Source: a virus
Length of the DNA: 64,000 bases
Virus record (IMG/VR): IMGVR_UViG_3300030098_004409
Location: 32,001-96,000 of that record
Direction: 5' to 3' (one strand)
The translations under genes were made by a program, and so were the position numbers. The notes beneath the pieces were generated by a model, which ran no database searches, had not been told where the DNA came from, and saw only the letters and a program-made list of their open reading frames with translations. Below, in pieces: positions 9,741 through 19,940 of the stretch. Position 1 is the stretch's first letter; each line of letters starts with the position of its first letter.

Positions 9741-9754
9741 TATAATGCTATAAT
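9718..9754 (+). promoter_or_regulatory. Sigma-70-type promoter upstream of the ssb/sigma/glycan operon
   Basis: TTAACA (9718-9723), 17-nt spacer, TATAAT (9741-9746); a second TATAAT at 9749-9754; strong RBS AGGAGG before ATG 9786. Confidence 0.6.
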
Positions 9755-9785
9755 CTCTTATAGTCTTAATTTAATAGGAGGTTTA

Positions 9786-10115
9786 ATGAATAATTGTACT
9801 TTAATAGGAAGGTTCGTAGCTGATCCCACAATAAGGGACGTTGGCAAGACAAAGCTTGTTACTTTTTCTTTAGCTATCGAAGAGTACAGAAGAGACAAAG
9901 ACGGCAATAAGAAAAAACGTGTTGACTTTTTTGACTTTGAAGCTTGGGATACTGGAGCAGAAACAATAAATGAGTTTTGTAGCAAGGGAGATATTATAGC
10001 TGTTAATGCATCTGCCCGACAACAGAAATGGACTAATTCAAATGATGAACATAGGCAAAAGGTAGTTTTTCGTGTCCAAAACTTTAGAATATTCTCAGGC
10101 AGAGAAAATGAGTAG
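9786..10115 (+). CDS. ssb: Single-stranded DNA-binding protein (OB fold, no acidic tail)
   Basis: MNNCTLIGRFVADP, FSLA, FFDFEAW, KGD motifs. Confidence 0.9.
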   Translation: MNNCTLIGRFVADPTIRDVGKTKLVTFSLAIEEYRRDKDGNKKKRVDFFDFEAWDTGAETINEFCSKGDIIAVNASARQQKWTNSNDEHRQKVVFRVQNFRIFSGRENE

Positions 10116-10587
10116 TGTAGAAGCTCAAGTTGACGAAAATTTAGATATTATTATATATCTTATAGCAGAATTCAACAACACAACAGATACACATGATTTT
10201 GAAGATCTACTACAGGTAGGTTTTTTAGGTATGCTTAAGGCTATAAATAACTTTGATGAAGATAAAGGTAATCTAAGGGATTACATTTTTTGTTCGGTTA
10301 GAAACTCTCTTATAAAGTTTCTTAAGAAAGAACTGCAATGGAAAGAGAATATAAAACTAGAACCAAATATCTCTCCCGACTGGAACGATAATTATGACAT
10401 CATGGAATTTGACAACATACTAAAGTCTTACGCTAATAAACTTATACCCCTTGAGAGAAAAATACTAGAGCTTAGATTTAGTGGTATGACGAGAAAACAA
10501 ATATGCGAGGAAACCGCATTGACAAAGAACGAATACTATAGTTTTTTATACTCTGCAATAGGAAAGATTAAAAAATATGAAGCGTAA
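10108..10587 (+). CDS. Minimal sigma-70 family RNA polymerase sigma factor (regions 2 and 4)
   Basis: EDLLQVGFLGMLKAINNFDEDKG (region 2); LIPLERKILELRFSGMTRKQI (region 4 HTH). Confidence 0.78.
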   Translation: MSSVEAQVDENLDIIIYLIAEFNNTTDTHDFEDLLQVGFLGMLKAINNFDEDKGNLRDYIFCSVRNSLIKFLKKELQWKENIKLEPNISPDWNDNYDIMEFDNILKSYANKLIPLERKILELRFSGMTRKQICEETALTKNEYYSFLYSAIGKIKKYEA

Positions 10588-12226
10588 AAAGATTCTTTTC
10601 TGTTCAGAAGGCCACCACTTACCCACAGGGTATTCCGTATATACCAAAGAGGTGCTTTCTAGATTATGCACTGACCCGAGGTTTGAAGTAGCTGAACTTG
10701 CGTGCTACACCGACGCAAAGACTGCGGCGAAACACCAGAAGGGATGGAAGATATTTCCTAATCAGCCAGAAAAAGACAGCTCTGACTGGGCGGATTATAA
10801 GCGTTACCCTACTGCTGAATTTGGAGACTTCACATTTAATCATGTGCTATTGGACTTTATGCCGGACTTCGTGATGGATATTAGAGATTGGTGGATGTTT
10901 GAATTTCAGCAGCGCTCTGCATTTAGAAAGTTTTATAATTGGTGTATTATGCCGACCGTAGATGCGGCTCCACAAAATATGCAGTGGATAGACACTTTTG
11001 CTAGCGCGGATTCTGTTTTTGCATACTCTGAATTTGGTCGAGATGTTCTCACAAGCCAATGCGATGCGCTTAATTTTATTGATGTAGCTTCTCCGTGTGC
11101 CAGTAAAGAATTTTCACCCGTATTGGATAAAGCAAAACATAGAGAAAGTTTAGGGTTGTCACCAGATTCCTTCATATTGGGGACTGTTATGAGAAACCAA
11201 AGAAGAAAGCTATATCCAGATCTATTTAGGGTCTTTAGAGAGTTTATAGACACCACTAAAGCAACAGACGCTTATCTTTATTGTCATACATCTTATCCAG
11301 ATATTGGGTGGGAGATACCAGAACTACTACAAAAATATGGGCTAACGAACAGAGTCCTGTTCACCTATAAATGCAAGAACTGTGGTAAGTTAAGCTGCAA
11401 TTTTTTTGATGATGTTATTTCACACTGTTATTCTTGCGGAACATACAAGAGAGAGCTAGTGGGCATAAACAACCAGCTTGAGCGCCATGAGCTAGCTATG
11501 ATTTATAATCTTTTCGATCTGTATATCCAGTATGCTAATTCTGAAGGCTTTGGTATGCCGCAACTTGAAGCTACGCAATGTGGAGTACCTTTGATTACAG
11601 TTGATTACTCTGCTATGCAATCTGTTGCTGACAATGTTGGCGCTATAAAGATACCACCTTTGGCGTTGCCGATGGAGTGCGAAACTGGATGCCATAGGGC
11701 TATACCTAACAACGAGTTTGCGCTGGTTGAAATTTGCAACCTATACAACTCGCCGCGCGAAAAGCTTAAGCAGCTGGGATTTGCTATGAGGCAGAAGACT
11801 AGAGAAAGGTATAACTGGGATAAGACCGCTAAAATATGGGCTGATTACTTTGCGGCTACTCCAGTAAAAGATTTATCTGAGACTTGGCTATCGCCTCCAC
11901 AGGTGCTAGAGCCTTTGGCTTCTTCTGTACCAGATGGCTTGACTATCAAGGAACAGGTTAACTTTTTATTCACTAATGTGCTACGATGTCCCGAGTTAAT
12001 TGGTAGTCATCAGTGGCGAAAGACAATTAAAGACCTAACTTATAAATGCACTGCACAAAGCACAGATGTAAATTATTACTTCAGCGAGTCTCACATAAAT
12101 AATAATGTTCGCAACTGGTCTAGCTTTAGCGTAGAAAACGCATGCGAACATATGCTAAGCATGAGAAAAGTTATGAATGACTGGGAAAAGTTGCGAGCAG
12201 ACAAATTAAGGAGCATGTCAGTATGA
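10577..12226 (+). CDS. GT-B (GT4-like) glycosyltransferase with inserted Zn ribbon
   Basis: TGY, RNQRRK, SEGFGMPQLEA (E-x7-E); CKNC...CYSC insert. Confidence 0.85.
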   Translation: MKRKKILFCSEGHHLPTGYSVYTKEVLSRLCTDPRFEVAELACYTDAKTAAKHQKGWKIFPNQPEKDSSDWADYKRYPTAEFGDFTFNHVLLDFMPDFVMDIRDWWMFEFQQRSAFRKFYNWCIMPTVDAAPQNMQWIDTFASADSVFAYSEFGRDVLTSQCDALNFIDVASPCASKEFSPVLDKAKHRESLGLSPDSFILGTVMRNQRRKLYPDLFRVFREFIDTTKATDAYLYCHTSYPDIGWEIPELLQKYGLTNRVLFTYKCKNCGKLSCNFFDDVISHCYSCGTYKRELVGINNQLERHELAMIYNLFDLYIQYANSEGFGMPQLEATQCGVPLITVDYSAMQSVADNVGAIKIPPLALPMECETGCHRAIPNNEFALVEICNLYNSPREKLKQLGFAMRQKTRERYNWDKTAKIWADYFAATPVKDLSETWLSPPQVLEPLASSVPDGLTIKEQVNFLFTNVLRCPELIGSHQWRKTIKDLTYKCTAQSTDVNYYFSESHINNNVRNWSSFSVENACEHMLSMRKVMNDWEKLRADKLRSMSV

Positions 12227-13329
12227 AGGTAGTATATATAGGAAACTACAATGATGGCACAGGATGGGGAAATGCTTGCCTAAACAATATATTAGCGCTA
12301 GACTCTGCCGGAGTAAACGTTGTCCCTAGATCAATAACTTTTAATGGGTCACATATTACAGAAAATAGAAGAGTCAAACATCTTGAAGACCAATCTCAAA
12401 GTGGTGCGGAAGTTTGTATACAGCACACCCTGCCGACTCTATATCATTGCAATACCTCCTTAAAGAACATAGGTATCTTCTACACGGAAACAAATACCTT
12501 TTCTGAAAGCATGTGGCATAAATACATAAATTTGATGGATGAGGCTTGGGTGGCTAACTCACAGATGGTTAAGGCTTCAGCCCTTAGTGGTGTTAACGTG
12601 CCTGTTAAGATCTGTCCCTTACCGATAGACTTGGAAGACTATAAGAATGTTGAGGACTGTGCCAGTATAGGTGAATTCGATGGTTGTTTTAATTTTTGTT
12701 TTGTGGGCGAGTTTATAAAAAGAAAAAACGTAGAGGTATTGCTAAGAGCTTATCATACAGAATTTCATCCCTCTGAACCAGTAAACTTGTTCCTAAAGCT
12801 TTCTATGCCGGGAGCTACTTCTGATGCAGCCCTTAAAGAGTTTGATAGATTTTCAGAGAGTGTTAAGTCTGGCCTAAAAATTAGAAAGAACTATCGTAAA
12901 GAAGTTGCAATTACTGGAAGGCTAGAAAAAAAACACCTAGTTTCCTTAGTTGATAAAACAGATTGCTTTGTAATGCCTAGTTTTGGAGAGGCTTGGTGTA
13001 TACCAGCGCTAGAAGCTATGGCTTTAGGCAAGCCAGTAATCCATACGCAGGGAACCGGCATGGATGATTTTTGTGTTGGATGGCCAGTTCAGTCTAGATC
13101 AACAAGGTGTTACTTGGCAAATGACTCTATGCAAGATGTCTATACATCATTGACTTCTTGGAAGGAAATTGATGTGGAGGCTTTAGCTTCTACAATGAGA
13201 GTCGCGTATGAGACATATAAAAATGACAAGCAGGAGTGGAGTAGGCTGCAGTCTCTATCGAAAGAAAGAGCTGAGGACTACACGATTGAAAGAGTAGGCC
13301 AAACAATGAAGGAGCTTTTAAATGTCTAG
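12223..13329 (+). CDS. GT-B (GT4-like) glycosyltransferase
   Basis: TGW, FVGEFIKRKN, PSFGEAWCIPALEAMALGKPVI. Confidence 0.85.
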   Translation: MKVVYIGNYNDGTGWGNACLNNILALDSAGVNVVPRSITFNGSHITENRRVKHLEDQSQSGAEVCIQHTLPTLYHCNTSLKNIGIFYTETNTFSESMWHKYINLMDEAWVANSQMVKASALSGVNVPVKICPLPIDLEDYKNVEDCASIGEFDGCFNFCFVGEFIKRKNVEVLLRAYHTEFHPSEPVNLFLKLSMPGATSDAALKEFDRFSESVKSGLKIRKNYRKEVAITGRLEKKHLVSLVDKTDCFVMPSFGEAWCIPALEAMALGKPVIHTQGTGMDDFCVGWPVQSRSTRCYLANDSMQDVYTSLTSWKEIDVEALASTMRVAYETYKNDKQEWSRLQSLSKERAEDYTIERVGQTMKELLNV

Positions 13330-14344
13330 TATGGCTTCACAACAATCTGTCAGATCTATAGTTAGAAGATCTACCCTATCGTCTGGCGACAAGCTTAACG
13401 TGCTTACGTTTTGCACACATGAAAGATATGAACAAAATTTATGTCGAACCGGACACAACTTTTACTCTATAAATCATGGAAAAACTTGGAATAGAGACTT
13501 TGGTAAAATACCAAGCAATTACGAGGAGTGCGATGTTGCTCCTTGGCATATAAACTTTGATTTAATATTATGTCATACAAGCTGCGAAAGAATGTCATTA
13601 GCGAAGCAGCTTCAATCATTGTTTAATATTCCCATATTAAGGCACACTCATGTGCTGCCTGATATTAGGTTTAATGTTCAAGAACAAGTTTCTGGCTTTA
13701 ATTCAATACCAGTAGACCATAACAGCTTCATATCCAACTATAATATGCAACAATGGGGCAACTATAAAAACAATACAACTTCGGTCATAGAACATGGCGT
13801 AGATGTTGATTTTTGGGATAGCGGAGAAAAGCTAGATAGAGAGAATGTTTTGCTGTCGGTTGTTAACCAATGGCCAGATAGAGACTGGTGCTGTGGATGG
13901 AATCTCTGGAAAGAGACGGTAGGATTTCAATCACTTCACGCTATGCCAGTTAGGGTTCTTGGTGACAGTCCGGGACTTTCTAAGCCTGCAGACAGTATAG
14001 AATCTCTCAGAGATGCATATAAGAGCTCATCTATATTTTTGAACACATCAATACACTCTCCAGTGCCGACAGTTCTCATGGAAGCTATGGCTTCTGGGTG
14101 TGCAGTAGTTAGTACAAACAACTGTATGATCCCAGAAATAATCGAACATGGTCAAAATGGATTACTTGCCGACACTGCAGATGAACTACGCGCATCGTGC
14201 CAATATCTTCTAGACAACCCATCTAAGGCTAGAGAGTTAGGTGAGGCGGCAAAGAAGACAATGCAGGACAAATTTAACTTGCAAAGATTCGTCGATGATT
14301 GGAACGATCTATTTTTTAATGTTATAGATAACTATAGGAAATAA
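13322..14344 (+). CDS. GT-B (GT4-like) glycosyltransferase
   Basis: IEHGVD, FLNTS..SPVPTVLMEAMASGCAVVS, EIIEHGQNG. Confidence 0.82.
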   Translation: MSSMASQQSVRSIVRRSTLSSGDKLNVLTFCTHERYEQNLCRTGHNFYSINHGKTWNRDFGKIPSNYEECDVAPWHINFDLILCHTSCERMSLAKQLQSLFNIPILRHTHVLPDIRFNVQEQVSGFNSIPVDHNSFISNYNMQQWGNYKNNTTSVIEHGVDVDFWDSGEKLDRENVLLSVVNQWPDRDWCCGWNLWKETVGFQSLHAMPVRVLGDSPGLSKPADSIESLRDAYKSSSIFLNTSIHSPVPTVLMEAMASGCAVVSTNNCMIPEIIEHGQNGLLADTADELRASCQYLLDNPSKARELGEAAKKTMQDKFNLQRFVDDWNDLFFNVIDNYRK

Positions 14345-14345
14345 A

Positions 14346-14783
14346 ATGAAGGTAATAATATCACATAAAAATCCCCAACAAAACAGTCACACATGGATAC
14401 AAGACATATCAAATCTAGATGTTCTTGTCGATGATGCAGAGGCTACAGAGATAATCGTAGACAGCACTTTATGCACATTCAACTTTGCTAATATTGGCGG
14501 AATCTTAAATAAGATAATGTCAAAGCTAAGGCTAAATGGTAAAATTGTAATATACGAAAAGGATATCGACATAGTTTGTTACACCTATAATAAGTCTGGA
14601 ATGAACATACAAGACTTAAATAATCTTATTTTTGAAGAGACTCCAGCAGTGGCTTGCTTTTTGAACACAGAGGTTATATCTGACTTGCTTACACAGGCCG
14701 GACTTACAATAGATGAAAAATTTGTAAACAATGACACCATGCAGTCAATAATAATCGCAAGGAGAACAAAAAATGCAATCTGA
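14346..14783 (+). CDS. Hypothetical protein, degenerate class I methyltransferase-like fragment
   Basis: VDDAEATEI...KLRLNGKIVI...LLTQAGL resembles the C-terminal half of a SAM-MTase; no GxG motif. Confidence 0.4.
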   Translation: MKVIISHKNPQQNSHTWIQDISNLDVLVDDAEATEIIVDSTLCTFNFANIGGILNKIMSKLRLNGKIVIYEKDIDIVCYTYNKSGMNIQDLNNLIFEETPAVACFLNTEVISDLLTQAGLTIDEKFVNNDTMQSIIIARRTKNAI

Positions 14784-15597
14784 ATATCAAGTTGAAACAT
14801 ATTGTAAAAATTGTGTGTTTGCGGAATACACCGACAATAAACAAACAGGATGTGAGTTAGGTAGACATAAAATATTTAATCCGGAAGAAGCCACCCGAGA
14901 AGAAGATGGTAAACACGCCTACGTGTTTAATAGATTTTGTACCGCCTTCCGTCCAGAAGAATGGAAGCTTGTCTTAGACGATGAAGAAAAAAAGGATTTA
15001 GTTGCGACAGTAAAGTCTGAGATATTTCCCCCATTGGGTATTTTTATATTCTTAAAAACTACAGCGCCTAACCCGATACAGAATTTGAAAAATAGGATAC
15101 AAGAAATAAAAGATCAAACAGTTGGTAGTCTTAGATATATTGTGGTAATCAACAGTAAAGTAGAATATAATGAAGAAATACATAGCACATTAAACGACTC
15201 CTTTGACTTTGATGAAACTGAGTTTCACATAGTGCAGACTCTATTGGAACAAAGAGATCTGCTATATATAGATGATGCCTTTAAGCATGCAAAAAATGGC
15301 TGGATTTATGTAACCGAATCAAACTGCAAGATTAGAAAAGATCTCTTCGAGGCTATTGATTATAACATAAATGTTAAGCTTAACAGGGTTGTTCTTGTTG
15401 AACCATCAGACGGTATTCAGGGAATGATTTTTCAAGCCGCTATACATAAGTTTCTTGATGGTAGCAATAACATATTAGACATAAAAAATGCTGCACAAGT
15501 AAGGGTTAACTTTTTAGAAAAAGTGAGAGCACTTGCTGAGAATAGCGATGAGAAAACAGTCTTTACACAAGAGGAGTTCTTTGATGCAGCTTCCTAA
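14773..15597 (+). CDS. Hypothetical protein with N-terminal Cys cluster (CKNC...C...C)
   Basis: GGAG RBS; overlaps both neighbours; no catalytic motif recognised. Confidence 0.55.
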   Translation: MQSEYQVETYCKNCVFAEYTDNKQTGCELGRHKIFNPEEATREEDGKHAYVFNRFCTAFRPEEWKLVLDDEEKKDLVATVKSEIFPPLGIFIFLKTTAPNPIQNLKNRIQEIKDQTVGSLRYIVVINSKVEYNEEIHSTLNDSFDFDETEFHIVQTLLEQRDLLYIDDAFKHAKNGWIYVTESNCKIRKDLFEAIDYNINVKLNRVVLVEPSDGIQGMIFQAAIHKFLDGSNNILDIKNAAQVRVNFLEKVRALAENSDEKTVFTQEEFFDAAS

Positions 15598-16423
15598 AGT
15601 ATCAGTCATAATATCAAACTATAATTATGGAGACTATGTTTTAGATGCTATAGACAGCGCCCTCAAGCAGGACTATGAGGGACAAATACGTGTCTACGTG
15701 CTAGATGACGGATCTTCCGATGGTTCTTGGGATAAAATTCGCACTTACTGCGGAGAAGATATTTCAAGCATAACAAATCAGCATGAAATTGATGAACCAT
15801 ATTACAGGGGATCTATGGAGTCATTTCAATGTAATGATCTAGGTTTATGGTGTTATCGCATCAATAACTCAGGGGCGAGCACCGCTAGGAATGTTGCGAT
15901 TTGGGAGGCTTGGAACTGGACAGACTATTTTGCTATTTTAGATGCAGACGATATGTATGATCCCTCAAAGATACGGAAACATGTAGATGTGCTAATGAAG
16001 CACGACGAGGTTGGTGTAGCTTACTCCGACTACATTATACATAAAACTCATTACGGGAACGTTGACTATAAAAAGTACGAATACAAATATCCATATTCGA
16101 TAAAAGAACTTCATAGGCAATGTATTGTGCATAGTGCTGGGTTAATAAAGAAACGACATTTAGAAAGGATTATACTTGAAAACAAAGAATTTTATGACAG
16201 TGCTTTACATGGCCCAGCCTCTAAGGGCTTTATAGGGTGCACAGAAGATTATGATCTTTGGATTAGATTAGCTAACGTATGTATGATTAATCATATAGCA
16301 GAGCCGTTATCTTTTGTCAGGGAAACAGGGCAAAATCAATCCATGAAGATGAACCAGAGCATTTTTATTGACAACATGCAGAAAATTAAGAGCCGCGATG
16401 AGCAGATTCATACAAAAAATTAA
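15584..16423 (+). CDS. GT-A (GT2) glycosyltransferase
   Basis: VSVIISNYN, VLDDGSSD, GASTARN, ILDADD, EDYDLW. ATG 15584 follows GAGGAG. Confidence 0.88.
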   Translation: MQLPKVSVIISNYNYGDYVLDAIDSALKQDYEGQIRVYVLDDGSSDGSWDKIRTYCGEDISSITNQHEIDEPYYRGSMESFQCNDLGLWCYRINNSGASTARNVAIWEAWNWTDYFAILDADDMYDPSKIRKHVDVLMKHDEVGVAYSDYIIHKTHYGNVDYKKYEYKYPYSIKELHRQCIVHSAGLIKKRHLERIILENKEFYDSALHGPASKGFIGCTEDYDLWIRLANVCMINHIAEPLSFVRETGQNQSMKMNQSIFIDNMQKIKSRDEQIHTKN

Positions 16424-17111
16424 ACGCAATTCTCTTACCACTGGTGTTGCTTTATTGTGTGCTGGTCTCGGTAATAGAATTAAATCCAATGAGCCGAGAT
16501 CTCTAATAAAGATAGGGGGTTCGTGCCTATTAAATTGGCAGCTAGATGCCCTCAGCTCTATGTTCGTGAAGCCCAATATTTTAGTCGGTGTCGGCGTAGA
16601 GTCACAAAAAATAATGAAGAGGTTTTCTGGTCAAGTTAGTTTTGTGGAAAATCAACTTTATGAAACAACAGGCTCATTTGAAACATTAAGACTTCTTGTA
16701 AACGCTTCCACAGATGATAGTATACTGCTTGTACATGGAGATTTGTACTTTAATAGTGATATACTAGAGACAGCAGATTTTTCTAAATCGTTTGTTGTCT
16801 TGGATACTACTAACAGTATCGCAGATCGTGAAGTTGGAATGACTATGGTGAATGAAAAGGTTAGTATACTTTCATATGGACTAAAAGATAAGTGGGCGCA
16901 AATGGCTTTCTTTACAGGAAAGGAGCTCGCTATGCTTAGGCAACTATGTTACAAGGCTAATCAAGAATCTAAGTCTCTATTAACATTTGAAATAATAAAT
17001 TCTATAATCAACAAAGGTGGATCTTTTAAAGTGCATAAACCCAACAAAACCTTTATAGTTGAAATAGATTGTATGAAGGATATAAAGAATGAAAATTTTA
17101 ATATCAAGTGA
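16398..17111 (+). CDS. Nucleotidyltransferase (LicC/sugar-phosphate NTP-transferase family)
   Basis: LLCAGLGNR....PRSL, EN..YETT, VHGDLYF, EID motifs. Confidence 0.72.
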   Translation: MSRFIQKIKRNSLTTGVALLCAGLGNRIKSNEPRSLIKIGGSCLLNWQLDALSSMFVKPNILVGVGVESQKIMKRFSGQVSFVENQLYETTGSFETLRLLVNASTDDSILLVHGDLYFNSDILETADFSKSFVVLDTTNSIADREVGMTMVNEKVSILSYGLKDKWAQMAFFTGKELAMLRQLCYKANQESKSLLTFEIINSIINKGGSFKVHKPNKTFIVEIDCMKDIKNENFNIK

Positions 17112-18135
17112 TGGGATGCACGCTCACTATTTCCAAAGGATGGCTTGGGCCAGAGCTTTTGCGGAATGTGGCGTACAAGTGTATTTTTGGGACTGCAAGA
17201 AAATACCTGCGTTTGATGCTTTCGATAGCTTCGAGCCAGATATGTTTATGGGGCAGTCCTATAACTTGGATAGGGCACTGCTCAAATGTATTTATGAAAG
17301 ACCACACCTAAAAGTTGGACTCAGGGCGGGTGACTGGGGAGATTTTGAGCAAGACCAAAGGTTCAATATTCTCTATGCCACAGAACACGAATTACAAACA
17401 TTAAAAAAGTTAAAAGAAGAAACTGGCAAACCAGATTTTGTTCATATCCATTACGACCAAGAGGCTGTAGACCAGACACACTCGAAGTATAAACAAATTG
17501 ACATTGACGCTAAGTCCTTGATAATGTGCGCCGATATTCAAGACTATTTGAAATCTAATTATGATAACTCCTTAAATTGCGATATTGGGTTTGTCGGAGG
17601 CTACTGGCCTTACAAAGGAATTATTATAGACAACTACCTAACGCCGCTATGTCATCCGATTGGCAGGTACAATATCAAAATATTTGGTAATCAACCTTGG
17701 ACAGGAGTCAACCAGTATTGCGGGCACATACAGGACAACAAAGTAAAGGACCTATTTGCCTCCGCTAGCATATGTCCCAACTTAAGTGAGCCACACGCCC
17801 ATGAGTACGGATTCGATATTAATGAGAGATGTTTTAAGATATTATGTGCTGGTGGATTTTGCATATCTGACAACGTGTCTTCAATTAAAAAAATATTTGA
17901 TGGTAATGGTGTAGTATTTGCAGACTCACCAGACGACTTCCGTGCAAAAATTGATTACTATCTTGACAATAAAGAAGAACGATTAGAAATTAGTCGCACG
18001 GGCAGGGAGTTTGTTTTGAATAACCACACCAACTTTCATAGGGTAGCTGAAATACTATCATATTTTGGATACACTAAAGAATCTAATGATATCATTAATG
18101 GCTGGAAGAAGGCCAAGGAACATGTAAATGTATAA
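17089..18135 (+). CDS. CgeB-like GT-B glycosyltransferase
   Basis: DIGFVGG, IFG, CPN, NERCFKILCAGGFCISD, NHT...R motifs. Confidence 0.75.
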   Translation: MKILISSDGMHAHYFQRMAWARAFAECGVQVYFWDCKKIPAFDAFDSFEPDMFMGQSYNLDRALLKCIYERPHLKVGLRAGDWGDFEQDQRFNILYATEHELQTLKKLKEETGKPDFVHIHYDQEAVDQTHSKYKQIDIDAKSLIMCADIQDYLKSNYDNSLNCDIGFVGGYWPYKGIIIDNYLTPLCHPIGRYNIKIFGNQPWTGVNQYCGHIQDNKVKDLFASASICPNLSEPHAHEYGFDINERCFKILCAGGFCISDNVSSIKKIFDGNGVVFADSPDDFRAKIDYYLDNKEERLEISRTGREFVLNNHTNFHRVAEILSYFGYTKESNDIINGWKKAKEHVNV

Positions 18136-19087
18136 AGATAAAAAAGTTCTAGTGACTGGAGGCACTGGCTTCTTGGGAAAAGCTGTTGTCGATACTCTGC
18201 AGTCAAAAGGGTATAACGATATAGTTGCAATAGGCAGTTCAGTTGACCTGACATGCTGCGAAGAGACTCTCGCATACTTTGCGCGAAGAAAGCCCGAAGT
18301 AGTAATTCATCTTGCGGCTACCGTTGGAGGGATTGGGGCAAACAAAGAGAACCCCGGATTGTTCATGTACAATAATTTAGTGATGGGCACTAACACTATC
18401 GAGGCTTCGAGGCTTAATAAAGTTGACAAGTTTGTCATGGTTGGCACTGTCTGCGCATATCCTAAATTCACCGCAGTGCCCTTTAAAGAGGAAGATATTT
18501 GGAATGGCTACCCAGAAGAAACAAATGCTCCATACGGAATTGCAAAGAAAGCACTTATGCAGCTTGTGCAATCATATCATGAGCAGTACAACTTTAACGG
18601 TGTTAACCTCATCCCTGTTAATATGTACGGCCCTCATGATAACTTCGATCCTGCTATAAGCCATGTAATCCCTGCGCTGATACTTAAATTTTATAAAGCT
18701 ATGAAGTTTAACTTGGAAGCCGTAGAAGTTTGGGGAACTGGCGAGGCAAGCAGAGAGTTCTTGCACGTTTATGATTGTGCCAATGCTATCAGTTTGGCGC
18801 TAGAAAAAGATGTATCCCCAGAACCAATTAACATAGGCACTGGCGGCGAAATACAAATAAAGTATCTTGCCCACACTATCGCAGAAGTAATGGGATATGA
18901 CGGATCTATATATTTTAATTCTGACTATCCAGACGGACAGCCCAGAAGACAGCTAGATATTAGTCGGGCTAAACAGAGGCTAGGATATGAGCCACAAATA
19001 GACCTGCTAGAGGGTCTTGAGACCACGATAGACTGGTTTATGGGTAACAAGGAGACTTTTGATGTTTACCTCAATCGTATTCAGTAA
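18128..19087 (+). CDS. fcl: GDP-L-fucose synthase (epimerase-reductase)
   Basis: TGGTGFLG, HLAATVGGIGAN, TVCAYPK, YGIAKK, PVNMYGP, SHVIPAL, WGTGEASREFL, PDGQPRR. Confidence 0.9.
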   Translation: MYKDKKVLVTGGTGFLGKAVVDTLQSKGYNDIVAIGSSVDLTCCEETLAYFARRKPEVVIHLAATVGGIGANKENPGLFMYNNLVMGTNTIEASRLNKVDKFVMVGTVCAYPKFTAVPFKEEDIWNGYPEETNAPYGIAKKALMQLVQSYHEQYNFNGVNLIPVNMYGPHDNFDPAISHVIPALILKFYKAMKFNLEAVEVWGTGEASREFLHVYDCANAISLALEKDVSPEPINIGTGGEIQIKYLAHTIAEVMGYDGSIYFNSDYPDGQPRRQLDISRAKQRLGYEPQIDLLEGLETTIDWFMGNKETFDVYLNRIQ

Positions 19088-19940
19088 GGATAGACCTTTA
19101 CAGCTTGATCTATGCCTTAAAAGCATAAAACAAAATCTATTTGCCAATAATAAGATTGTTGTTCTATACGCTACGTCTGATGGGTATGATATAAACTACA
19201 ACCAATTAATTGATGAGCATTTGGATGTAGAATTTTTTAAGCAGCGTTACAGTATATTTGAACACATAAGAACTATACTTGACGACGCATCTGAGCATAT
19301 AATGTTCTTTACAGACGACGATATAGTTTATAGAAAGTGCCAGCCGACAGAGGATGATATAAATTCTGCGTTTAATAATGATGCGTGCTGCATCTCTCTT
19401 AGGCTAGGACTCAATACATCCATGAGGGATTATGGTGATGGAGTTTTGAGAAGAGATAACATACCAGAACAAATTATGAGGATTTGTAATACGTTAGTTT
19501 GGAATAGGACATCTATTCCTGTGGGCGGCTATTGGGCGTATCCACTTTCTGTAGATGGGCACATATTTAAGACTAGTGATATGAAAAAATTTACTGAGGA
19601 ATTATGCGTCCTGAACCAGTATTACGATAACTGCGGAGAAGTTCCCAGAGCGAAGCGCGCTTGGAATCAAACACCAAATGAGTTTGAGTCAAAACTGCAA
19701 AGGTTTTTCTTTGATATATCTCCCATAATGGCGTGTGCAGAATATAGCTGTGTGGTAAATTCCCCAAACAATAGGGTACAAAATACAGTGGCAAATAGGA
19801 GTGGCGATGTATATAATTATACAGCCCTAGACTTAAAATACGAATTTGACGAAGGTCGAAGAATTAGCCTAGACAGAATAACTATAGACGACATAATATG
19901 TCCACATCAAGAAATAAATATATTGGAGGGCTTATCATGA
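19062..19940 (+). CDS. Putative GT-A glycosyltransferase
   Basis: IVFSKDRPLQL start, FFTDDD (DxD-like), SLRLG, YPLSVDGH. Confidence 0.55.
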   Translation: MFTSIVFSKDRPLQLDLCLKSIKQNLFANNKIVVLYATSDGYDINYNQLIDEHLDVEFFKQRYSIFEHIRTILDDASEHIMFFTDDDIVYRKCQPTEDDINSAFNNDACCISLRLGLNTSMRDYGDGVLRRDNIPEQIMRICNTLVWNRTSIPVGGYWAYPLSVDGHIFKTSDMKKFTEELCVLNQYYDNCGEVPRAKRAWNQTPNEFESKLQRFFFDISPIMACAEYSCVVNSPNNRVQNTVANRSGDVYNYTALDLKYEFDEGRRISLDRITIDDIICPHQEINILEGLS

